From assembly GCF_001194135.2 (NCBI RefSeq), contig NC_068986.1, positions 70,506,306-70,539,059 of the forward strand: a stretch of DNA of 32,754 bases. Direction: 5' to 3'. The notes beneath the pieces are model-generated. The model was given only the letters and a program-made list of their open reading frames with translations, had not been told where the DNA came from and made no database searches. Positions 12,501-20,292 of this stretch are shown one piece after another (the first letter of the stretch is position 1; every line of letters begins with the position of its first letter). A program made the translations under genes and the position numbers. Source of the DNA: Octopus bimaculoides (Eukaryota).

Positions 12501-15500
12501 ATCAGAAATTCCTACTGATTCTAAAAATGATTCTAAATATTTCCAAACTGAATTGTCAACAACCCATTCTCCAGCCAAAGGAGATGAGAATTCAGAAAGC
12601 TATGTATTAAAAACTACTAAAGAAGTAGTTGTGGATCGAGAACAAGGAGCTGCAATTCATGAAAGATTCTCTGAAGATCAACAAGAGTCTAAAGGAAAAT
12701 CTGAATTCATTCAGGACTGCCCACCAAAATCTATAATAATGCCACATGTAACAGAAAATTCTAAAATAATTATTTCTACTACCAAATCATCTGAACCTCT
12801 TTATACTTCAAGTTTTTCTGTTAGCCTTCCAAATTCTCCATCACAGCTAACAAAGGACAATGTTGATGCTGAACCCAAGACAGAAACTGTTAATTTAATG
12901 GAACATTCTGTTGAAACACAGCCATCTTTGAATGGTGTCTCTACTACCTCAAATAGTGCCTCTATATATTTAGTGCCAAATAAAAAATATCTGTCTACAA
13001 CTACATCTGTACAAAATCAATTTAACTCAGATATAGATGGGAAATCTGATGCAAAAATGTTTGATTTGACAACTCTAGAAGTTACTCCAGAGATAAAGTC
13101 TCCTGAAATAAATTTTGAGAACAACTTGAAGGCCTCAAAAGCAGAAAGTTCTTTTATGCAGGTTGTTGAAACTGATGCAAATGATTCTTCTGTTACTTAT
13201 CAGAAGGAAACATCTGAAAAGCCTAGTGCATTTACTATTGGTTTAGATGCTTTGCAATCTAAAAGTGAAGACAGACTAAATATTACTGAGCAGCCAATAC
13301 ATTCCAATAATCAAACAACTGAATCATTAAGCATTTCTCCCCAAACTACTTTGAGTGGACATGAGTTAGACAAAGAGACACCTGCTGAAGTAGCAAATTT
13401 AAAAGTATATAATAAAAAAGATCAAGAAGGGCCAAATGAGATTTTTGAGGAGCCTTCAATGATTTCAGCTAAACTTCCTATCAATACCCCAGAACTTCCA
13501 AACAATACTCCAGAACTTACAGAGTCCAGTTTTGAGCTATGCCATCAAGAAAATGTATCCATGAAATTATCACCTGAAAATAACAGCAAACTTCCAAATT
13601 ATTCAGTTAGTTCTTATCAAACAGCCCTTCCACAATCTTCTGTAACAGAGAATAATTCTCTTTCCTCCCCTTCAAAAATTGTTTCTGTAGAACCAACAAA
13701 TTATGTACAACCAAATTTCTATAAGGATAAAGATGATTCCCCCATACTGTTGATGAAAGATGTTCCTTCATTTGATCTAAAAGACAGTAGTGAATTAAAA
13801 AGTCCAAAATGTGAGGTGAATGATGATGCGAAGGATCTCTCAATTGAAAATAACAACTTGAACAGTTTTTCAACATTATCACCCTCACAGTCAAATTACA
13901 GCAATACTGTCAGTAGAGAATTCTCACATGAATCATATGCTTCATCTGATATGCTAACTCAAAACTTTACAACTGTTACTCCAAAAAGCATACTTGTAAC
14001 AAATTCTCCAAAGGAAACTACAAATTTGCAACAAAGTCCTTCCATAAATGTACGTAAACAAATCTTTGGAGAAGAAATTAGCACATTTGATACCACTTTC
14101 ATGAAACCCAATAAATCTGCTCTGAAATTAGTAGCACCAGATTCAGGTACTTTGATAAAAACAAAATATGAAACAGAAGGAGAAAGAATCCAATCAATAA
14201 TACCAAGAAGCCCTGGAAAGAAAGACTATGAAACTAAGCAATTTTCGGATAATACAGAATATGCTAAGAGTGATACCAGTTCAAAAGACTTTCCTGACAG
14301 TTCTTTTCAAATCACATCTGATTCTCAAGTTGTCGTTTCTGCAAAACCCAAAACAGTTGAAATAGAAAAACCTGTAAGTCAGCCTGATATTCAATACCTT
14401 GCTACAACCTCCTTGGACTCCATGTCAACTATCCAGTATGGAGCCAATTCAAATATTGAAAATGTTGATCAACCCACATCTGAAATTAGCATGGAACTAT
14501 CAAAAAATACTGCTTTTCCATTAGAGAGAAACAATTCTGATATTAATTCCAGTGAGTCTAACACCAGATATCTTCATGAATCATCACAAGAAGCAATTGC
14601 TTTAGATGAATCAAAGAATGAAAAACCACATCAGATGGTCTCTCTCAATAGTAATGAAAATAAAGACTTTTCGTTGATACTTCCAAAAACTGAAAACACT
14701 CAGCCCTCATCCCCAAACATGCAAAAATTGGAAAGTTCAGCAGATACAATTCCGCTTGCATCAAATAAAGATCATTATGAAATCAAAGCCCCTGAGCATA
14801 TTATACAAAAAACTAATCCTGATGAAAATAGACCAACTGAACAATGGTCATATGAGGGAACAACACCCACTTTCAATAAAAGTAATTCTTTGCCAAGAAA
14901 AAAGAAAAAACCCTCAAAAACTCCAGATTCTCCACAATCCTCTGAAAGAGCTATAAGTGCTGAGGATGATGGGAATGTAAATAAAAAATCTTCACAGAAA
15001 AAATGGAAATCAGTTGAACATCTACAAAAAGGAAACCAAAAGAAACCTGAAGTACCACCCAAGAGTTCAGGACCTGGTCTTGTGAAAAGCACTTCAATGA
15101 AATTTTTAGCTAAATTTCAATCAAAGTCTAAAAGACAAAAGAGTTCAGAGGAACCTACTGACTTACTTCATCCAACTCTTAAAAAGGGTCAAAGTGAATA
15201 CTCTGTACTCAATTCAGACCCCAGCTATCAGCAGGATGAATTTCTGGGTTCAGACCCAGCACAAAGAACAAGACACTACAAAACATTGCCCCACAAAAAG
15301 AAAGAAAATTCTGAAAATGCACCAGGTAACCTTGATCAGTCTTCAACATTACTACCTAATGAAACTAATGCTTCTGATTGTATAGGTCTTCTTAAGAATA
15401 ACATATTCATACAGCAGGATATGTTATCCCGCCATTTTCAAAGTGAAAAAGATTTAACCTCTGAATTACCAGAGGCACAAAAATTGCAATCTCGTTCCTT

Positions 15501-15564
15501 GAAAGGAGAAAAAGTTCTATTGGCCCAAAAACGGCTACTAGGCTTACCAAGAGAAGAATTATAG
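9595..15564 (+). CDS. Uncharacterised 1989-aa low-complexity (S/E/T/K/N-rich), probably largely disordered protein encoded by one giant exon
   Basis: 5970 nt without a stop in AT-rich DNA and without recognisable TE insertions. ATG at 9595 in an AAA-ATG context (the track's 9589 start is a TTG). No globular domain recognised. Short amphipathic/coiled-coil-like segments (RLDQIKERLYNLQAMRKE, LSRDELLLEIARLKLANIE). It could be a giant exon of a larger spliced gene. Confidence 0.9.
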   Translation: MYSSGRQRYRPTTSLRRSSSKPNLSFSTITEECVPKDIHFPDDEEKRERTQRLRKLQRLRERRCRDFKGLSRSGVTDDYEIRFASDLEEFRSIKSGNVHTGGDALSKNQQFEHKFSKFQSRDIYNTLPSRLGAKKFMDNSSFSDYKKDPALSPTGSVSSSVTVDDRFMYGSRFENEENEYSWRPRHRTYSFSSNYDYDSSMYGNLNEDGLDDGLFDDTTSEYDFGYSSIHGLKRSFSTCITPQKYSGMMTPVAMSSEAAATADRLDQIKERLYNLQAMRKERESSEKSHHEINKLSYNKVNNEQFSTSVSNYQTSESKYQSLNIPQDNNNNNNSSRPLWSQRIDLLMSSQKQNDTQHEQNLNQESYTSINEATSNVKIVDGSEPVPTDISFDQESFYSFEAGEDDSSIANIKSINKSTEATEMEYDYTDCVDPGSVQISLENYNDNKFLGFEGTQILESSVTSHTVKPIQLTQRKTHTQSHSKQNYLSIAVTPEVQSLPKTSHLSTEMQNYKDLSRDELLLEIARLKLANIERDTPNTESIANTETVETESQVKFLPDDKANINITKLKSVEVGSKISSDNIQYQDPYNASVSINNVVDKSVSITAKDSKLPEEKTPSESEEEILSEFEKEMQSESHEQPQSDSHIVDREENFINKKEKRQIEHPMYFKSVTVEKPSVETSEKIAHKITEDKLQKQYSPVIKETFEKKQDFSEENLKMTSLKDLQNNNSSLESCSLETPATQTQVSWNFSETSNSENINSDSLAGSHQESLTKFDSTFDNSNNLTDTFSKETTSVELTSQTYTQSVPYQAPKEITVNESDFHENSLTSRKDEMLETKKLLVDVTITPNNDNISKTKSPEKCNSIAYSSTENEVEMPRALASSPLFVPSQDTSHTIMNKTTVKDNTDSPFFLNELKTNQMNETLTCKPLDTQNYVDADTNIKKGVDSTKLKAIEIPIKDKGIETFNDKDLSEIPTDSKNDSKYFQTELSTTHSPAKGDENSESYVLKTTKEVVVDREQGAAIHERFSEDQQESKGKSEFIQDCPPKSIIMPHVTENSKIIISTTKSSEPLYTSSFSVSLPNSPSQLTKDNVDAEPKTETVNLMEHSVETQPSLNGVSTTSNSASIYLVPNKKYLSTTTSVQNQFNSDIDGKSDAKMFDLTTLEVTPEIKSPEINFENNLKASKAESSFMQVVETDANDSSVTYQKETSEKPSAFTIGLDALQSKSEDRLNITEQPIHSNNQTTESLSISPQTTLSGHELDKETPAEVANLKVYNKKDQEGPNEIFEEPSMISAKLPINTPELPNNTPELTESSFELCHQENVSMKLSPENNSKLPNYSVSSYQTALPQSSVTENNSLSSPSKIVSVEPTNYVQPNFYKDKDDSPILLMKDVPSFDLKDSSELKSPKCEVNDDAKDLSIENNNLNSFSTLSPSQSNYSNTVSREFSHESYASSDMLTQNFTTVTPKSILVTNSPKETTNLQQSPSINVRKQIFGEEISTFDTTFMKPNKSALKLVAPDSGTLIKTKYETEGERIQSIIPRSPGKKDYETKQFSDNTEYAKSDTSSKDFPDSSFQITSDSQVVVSAKPKTVEIEKPVSQPDIQYLATTSLDSMSTIQYGANSNIENVDQPTSEISMELSKNTAFPLERNNSDINSSESNTRYLHESSQEAIALDESKNEKPHQMVSLNSNENKDFSLILPKTENTQPSSPNMQKLESSADTIPLASNKDHYEIKAPEHIIQKTNPDENRPTEQWSYEGTTPTFNKSNSLPRKKKKPSKTPDSPQSSERAISAEDDGNVNKKSSQKKWKSVEHLQKGNQKKPEVPPKSSGPGLVKSTSMKFLAKFQSKSKRQKSSEEPTDLLHPTLKKGQSEYSVLNSDPSYQQDEFLGSDPAQRTRHYKTLPHKKKENSENAPGNLDQSSTLLPNETNASDCIGLLKNNIFIQQDMLSRHFQSEKDLTSELPEAQKLQSRSLKGEKVLLAQKRLLGLPREEL
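10576..10593 (+). repeat. Coding (AAT)n microsatellite encoding poly-Asn
   Basis: GAT AAT AAT AAT AAT AAT AAC = DNNNNNN within the large ORF. Confidence 0.85.
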
Positions 15565-15610
15565 AAAACTATTTTTAGTTTTCATACAGCTTCTTTCTAC
15601 AAGTGATAAT

Positions 15611-16045
15611 CATCATCCTCATCATTTAACATCCCCTCTCCATGCTGGCCTGGGCTATACAGTCTGACTAGAGTTGATAAGCCAGAGCTGCACCAGGTTC
15701 TTGTCTGATTTGGCATGGTTTCTGCAACTGCCAACCACTCCAGTAGCATAATGGGTGTTTTTATGTGTCATTGGCATGGGTGCCATTTACATGACACTGG
15801 CAATGACCATGACTACAATTCATGTGTGCCATTTACGTGGCACTGGCAATGACGATGACTACGATGCAAGGGTGTCATTTACATGGCACCAGCAGAGACC
15901 ACAACTGTGATTCATGGGTGTCATTTACAAGGTCCAGGTGACAGCCCAACTCCAATTTCACAGGTGCCATTTACATGGCACTGGCAATGGCCTCAACTAT
16001 GCTTTCATGGGTGCCATTTACATGACACCAGTATGGCCACATTCA
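15611..16045 (-). mobile_element. SINE family B 3' part with (GAT)n tail, inverted copy with internal tandem expansion
   Basis: CATCATCCTCATCATTTAACATCCCCTCTCCATGCTGGCCTGGG...TTTGGCATGGTTTCT...CCAACCACT is the reverse complement of the 16140-16383 sequence. Confidence 0.75.
15778..16042. repeat. Minisatellite: 6 units of 46-47 bp, each starting with a hairpin motif
   Basis: Units start at 15778, 15824, 15870, 15916, 15962 and 16009. Consensus start GGGTGCCATTTACATGGCAC contains GTGCCAT-ttac-ATGGCAC. Confidence 0.9.
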
Positions 16046-16139
16046 GTTTTCATTTTTTTTTTTTCCTTTAGTTTTATTTTAACACTGAGGCTTGTCCCCT
16101 GCATCCCCCTCCAGTGGAGCATTCCTAATCTTGCAGGCT

Positions 16140-16383
16140 TGTGGGTGCTGGTACCATGTAAAAAGTACCCGTACTGGTGCCACGTAAATGCACCCATACC
16201 AGTGTTGTATGAAAGCACTTGGTACTCTCTATAAAGTGGTTGATGTCAGGAAGAGCACCCAGCCATAGAAACCATGCCAAAATGGACCTGGAGCTTGGGC
16301 AACTCTACAGCTGGTCTGTCAAACCATCCAACCCATGCCGGCATGGAAAACAGACGTTAAATGATGATGATGATGATGATGAT
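16140..16383 (+). mobile_element. SINE family B 3' part with (GAT)n tail
   Basis: ...GTGGTTGATGTCAGGAAGAGCACCCAGCCATAGAAACCATGCCAAA...CAACCCATGCCGGCATGGAAAACAGACGTTAAATGATGATGATG. Inverted homologue at 15611-16045. Confidence 0.8.
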
Positions 16384-16569
16384 TGAGCACATTATTGTTA
16401 AAATCTAGGAATAATTTAATTACTTTTTTTTTTATAATGAAATGTTGTAAGATAAATCAGTAACTCATATTATAGGCAGAATTGGAACTTGTACAAATCT
16501 AAAAGTAATTCTATCCTTAACATTTTATATAAATTTTTACTTTAAGCTTTACAGTTTGAAAAAGTTTAA

Positions 16570-16788
16570 CCCTTTAGTATTTAAGCCAACCACATCCTAC
16601 CCAAATATTCTACCTGTTTTATATTGAAACCATTCAGATCCAACCTCTCACTCCTATCTTACAATGATATCCACAAAATATGCAATCCATCATTGAATTC
16701 TCAAAGCTACAAGATAATGTATGATTAATTCAAAACAATGTGAATAAATGATCATTACATTTAACAGAGTAATCTGATTACCAAAGTG
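16570..16788. mobile_element. piggyBac-type MITE, second family, TTAA-flanked
   Basis: TTAA (16566-16569) CCCTTTAGTATT ... ATTACCAAAGTG TTAA (16789-16792). Degenerate CCCTTTAG/CTAAAGGG TIRs. Confidence 0.7.
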
Positions 16789-17199
16789 TTAAATGAAATG
16801 AACTATAGCAAATATTGTTAAAACACTTTTTTTGCTACAAACTCAACTGTCAAACTTCTAATTCTCTTACTCTTAATTCATCTGTATTTAATATCTCAAA
16901 TTCAGATGTATTTCATACCTTCTTCCCATGCTTATCAATATCTTCTTCCCAATACCATACTTATCACTTAAATATTCAACCTGTTTTACTTTTTTTTTTT
17001 TATAATAAAAGATTCTCATAGAAATTTGTGAAAGCTATTTCCAGCCATAACAAATATTAGTAAACTATCTCCATAAATATACTCATCAAATCACATGCTT
17101 TCACATGTGTAAATACAAAAAAAAACTGTGCATATTAATTATTTAACCTCTAAAATTTTTTAACTACCCAGTCATAAATGAATCTGAGAAAACTTTCAG

Positions 17200-17282
17200 T
17201 TGCTATTGTTACTAGTTACATTCATGCTCAAATCCCACTGGGGTTGACTTTGTTTTTCATGCTTATTGAGTTGATAAAATTT
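17200..17282 (+). mobile_element. SINE family A internal fragment
   Basis: CTCAAATCCCACTGGGGTTGACTTTGTTTTTCATGCTTATTGAGTTGATAAAAT aligns with the B-box-downstream part of 18146-18203. Confidence 0.5.
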
Positions 17283-18085
17283 TACCTGTGATATACTGAT
17301 GATAATTTATCTGACTTACCCAAAATGTTATGGCTTTGTGCTGTTGTTAAAAGTTATTATTACTACAACAAAGGAACTATTATCATTTAGCTCCAGGTCA
17401 ACTCTGAATGAACTTATCTATGATCGAAGGCATTCTAGTTGTGACCATCATGGCTGCTATTTCTAGCAAGTCAAGTGAGCATATACAGGTTCCCTAGCTG
17501 GTTTAAAGAAAGTGAGTTGCTGCAAATGGCAGCAAACAGGACTTCTTTTTTTTATTATATCCTGTTGGTATCATACTGTACTGAGTTCAAATCCACCAAA
17601 ACATGACTTTTACTTTCAAAGTCTTTAAAAGTGCCCAGCATTGATGTAGCTGTAATATACACCTAATGATATTAAATATAAACTGAATTTCCTCCACAAT
17701 TACACTAAATGCAAAATTTGGAATTCTATGAGTTACATTATATTTATATCATAAACAAAAGCAAAATTGTGTTTCTTTAATCTTTTGAAATTTTTCTAGA
17801 TTTTGTACAGAAATGTGCTCAAGATTTTTTTCTTCTTTTTAATTTTAAGAAATTAATTTTATAAATAAAATTTAGTTATAATGTTTAATTAATTACCATC
17901 TAAATCTCAGCCTCTTATGTTAGATATAGTTTTAACAAGTTATGAGTGAGAAGATCATATATTTTGTCCTTTATGGCAAAAGAACTTTTATCAAAAGCTA
18001 GATATTGGGTGGCCACTATTTCTGTTAAGATTGAAGAATGACTGCTTTATAAAATCTACAAAACTTTTCATTTGGTTGAAATTTT

Positions 18086-18294
18086 GCTGGCAGAATCATT
18101 AGCATGCCAGGCAAAATGCTTAGCGGTATTTTGTCTGCCTTTACATTCTGAGTTCAAATTCCACCGAGGTCGACTTTGCCTTTCATCCTTTCAGGGTCAA
18201 TAAATTGAGTATCAGTGAAACATTGGGGTTGATATATTCAACTAGTCCCCTCCCCCAAAATATCAGGCCTTGTGCCTATAGTAGAAAGGATTAT
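18086..18294 (+). mobile_element. tRNA-derived SINE, family A (copy 2)
   Basis: GCTGGCAGAATCATTAGCATGCCAGGCAAAATGCTTAGC...CTGAGTTCAAATTCCACCGAGGTCGACTTTGCC...AGTAGAAAGGAT, homologous to 7160-7374. Confidence 0.85.
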
Positions 18295-18304
18295 AGCCTT
18301 ATGT

Positions 18305-18327
18305 ACACACACACACACACACACACA
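18305..18327. repeat. (AC)n microsatellite
   Basis: Direct observation. Confidence 0.95.
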
Positions 18328-18786
18328 AATACCTCTCTTATATATCTTTGGTAAGGTTTTAGATAGATAATCATGAATGTATTATAACAGATGTTGTAAC
18401 ATTTTCATTAGTTATAATATAACTAATCAAAATGTAATGAAACAATTTTATTTATTCCTTTGTTCATTTAATAAACGGCCTATATGAATCTATCATATAC
18501 AATTAATGTTTGTGTGCGTGTGTATGTGTAACAAAAATTGTTTGTGTGATATGTACATACAAGCATACAAATATTTAGGAATTGAGTAATTTTTCTTAGG
18601 GTGAATTTAATATTCTTGTTCACAGTCATGGATTCTATTCATATATTTCCATAGATCTATACAGACACAACAGAAGTAAATAGACACCCCATAAAAGATC
18701 ACTCTGTTTATTTTAACTTGAAACGGTTTACACCTTCTATTAATTGACATTTTTATGTTTCAGGTTCTATATGTGACTGTTAAATT

Positions 18787-19778
18787 ATGCACATACAAAA
18801 GAAGCCTTGAAACTATCCAAATTTCAAAGAGGGTCAATTGTGGGTTAATTTGAAGGTGAACTTAGCACAAAATCACAGAAAACCTAGGAATCCCACTTTC
18901 TATAGTTAATAAAGTGATTGTGCAATTCACCATTGAGGGGAAGGAGTCCACATCACCTCGCCCAGCTCAACCATAGTCCTCTGACAGGACCCTTCACTTT
19001 GTTAAGAGAAGCGTGGAGGACAATTCTCATTGCAAAGCCTCTGACATAGCAGAACAAGTTGATGTCAGTTGCAGAACTGTCTTGGCTACTATGGCAGAGC
19101 AGCAAAAAGGAAGCCACTTCTTCAACCACCCAATATCAAGCAGGAAAAAGACTGGGCCAGTGAGATGATAGAAAAGCCACTAGCATTTCAGGACACTGTC
19201 ATATTCTCTGATGAGTCCAGATTTACTGTATTTTCTAACAGTGGTCAGGTGTGGATCTAGAGACTCTGTGATCAAAAATTTAACATAAAAAGATTGCAGC
19301 CAACAGTGAAACATGGCAGCTATTCTGTGATGGTCTGGGGGGCAATTTAGAGCAATGGTTGATCAGAGCTGGTGGAGTGTGAAGGAAACATAAACACAGA
19401 TAAATATGTGTCCATATTACAGAAAGGACTCCTTCCAATCTTCTCCAGTGGTGAAATGATTAAAGAAGATTATTTATGGTAGATAAGGCTCCTTGTCAAT
19501 CAGCTAAAAAGACCCTAGATTGGTTGGAAGAGAATGGCATTAAAAAACTTCCTTGGCCAAGCCAGTCACCAGATATGAACCCTATTGAACGCCTCTGGGG
19601 CATAATGGACAGGACATTTCATAAAAAGAACAAGAAAGCATCCTCAAAGCCAAATCTTTTGTGATTACTGCATGAAACTTGGCAAGAAATTCCTCAAGAG
19701 AATATTCATCTGATGAGTAGCATTCCTAATAGGGTCCTTGCATTGAAAAATGCAAAGGGCATGTCTACTAAATATTAG
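18787..19778 (+). pseudogene. Tc1 transposase pseudogene
   Basis: [33 protein letters not shown], and DKAPC...WPSQSPDMNPIERLWG with 34 residues between D and E. Several stops and frameshifts. Ends KGMSTKY* at 19778. Confidence 0.9.
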
Positions 19779-20074
19779 ATGTTCATATTATCATAATTAA
19801 TAAATAGTTGAATGTATAATATGAGCTAGTTTCTGATGGAGTTTCTCTGTATGTCTCCATTGAAGTCTAATGTCAGCTCTGTACCAATTAGATAATACAG
19901 TTCTATATTTGAGAGATGAGGAATTATGTACATTACTTACATTGTTTAGATTTGATGGACATTTGTCCTCATCTTGTTTGTTGTCAACACAATGTTTCAG
20001 CTGATAAACTCTCCAGCCTGGGTTCTCTCATTCCTAAGGTATTTTTCGATGTTATTATTACTATTATTATTATT

Positions 20075-20145
20075 CAGGTCACTGCTTGGAATCGAACTCA
20101 GAATCTTGGGGTTAGCAGCCCGTGCTCTTAACCACTATGCCATAT
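20075..20145 (-). promoter_or_regulatory. tRNA-like Pol III internal promoter (A and B boxes) of the palindromic element
   Basis: Minus strand ATATGGCATAGTGGTTAAGAGCACGGGCTGCTAACCCCAAGATTCTGAGTTCGATTCCAAGCAGTGACCTG. A box TGGCATAGTGG; B box GAGTTCGATTCC (20099-20088). Confidence 0.75.
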
Positions 20146-20168
20146 ACCCACAGGCATATGGTGTAGTG

Positions 20169-20199
<31 letters not shown>

Positions 20200-20246
20200 T
20201 CGAAAAATACCTTAGGAATGAAAACCCAGGTTCAAAATTTCCCCAG

Positions 20247-20292
20247 GACACCTGAAGAAGGCTGAAGAGTATATCAGCCAAAAAGTTGTATT
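20247..20292 (+). ncRNA. Decayed minimal type-I hammerhead ribozyme (Penelope-associated type)
   Basis: GACAC-CTGAAGA-A-GGCTGA-agagtata-TCAGCC-AAAAA-GTT-GTATT. The other arm (20018->19986, - strand) preserves GAAAC-ATT-GTGTT. Probably inactive as it stands because G12 is A. Confidence 0.7.

Noticed and set aside
13483-13524. 21-nt internal duplication (NTPELPN/NTPELTE) in the giant ORF
   Set aside because: A single short duplication, common in disordered proteins and not a repeat domain.
11502-15385. Short antisense and alternative-frame ORFs inside the giant ORF
   Set aside because: Expected by-products of a long biased coding sequence, with no independent signals.
15778-16042. CRISPR array
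   Set aside because: Eukaryotic context, linkers are homologous to each other, it lies inside a SINE, and there are no cas genes.
20075-20145. tRNA-Ser-like sequence (GCT anticodon-like loop) on the minus strand
   Set aside because: No convincing acceptor stem or long variable arm, and it is embedded in a repeat. Treated as a SINE-type head, not a tRNA gene. The same reasoning applies to 32640-32703.
19916-20255. ORFs 19916..20131 and 19974..20255 (poly-L/poly-N)
   Set aside because: Translations of the (TAA/TTA)n tracts and arms of the palindromic element, not genes.
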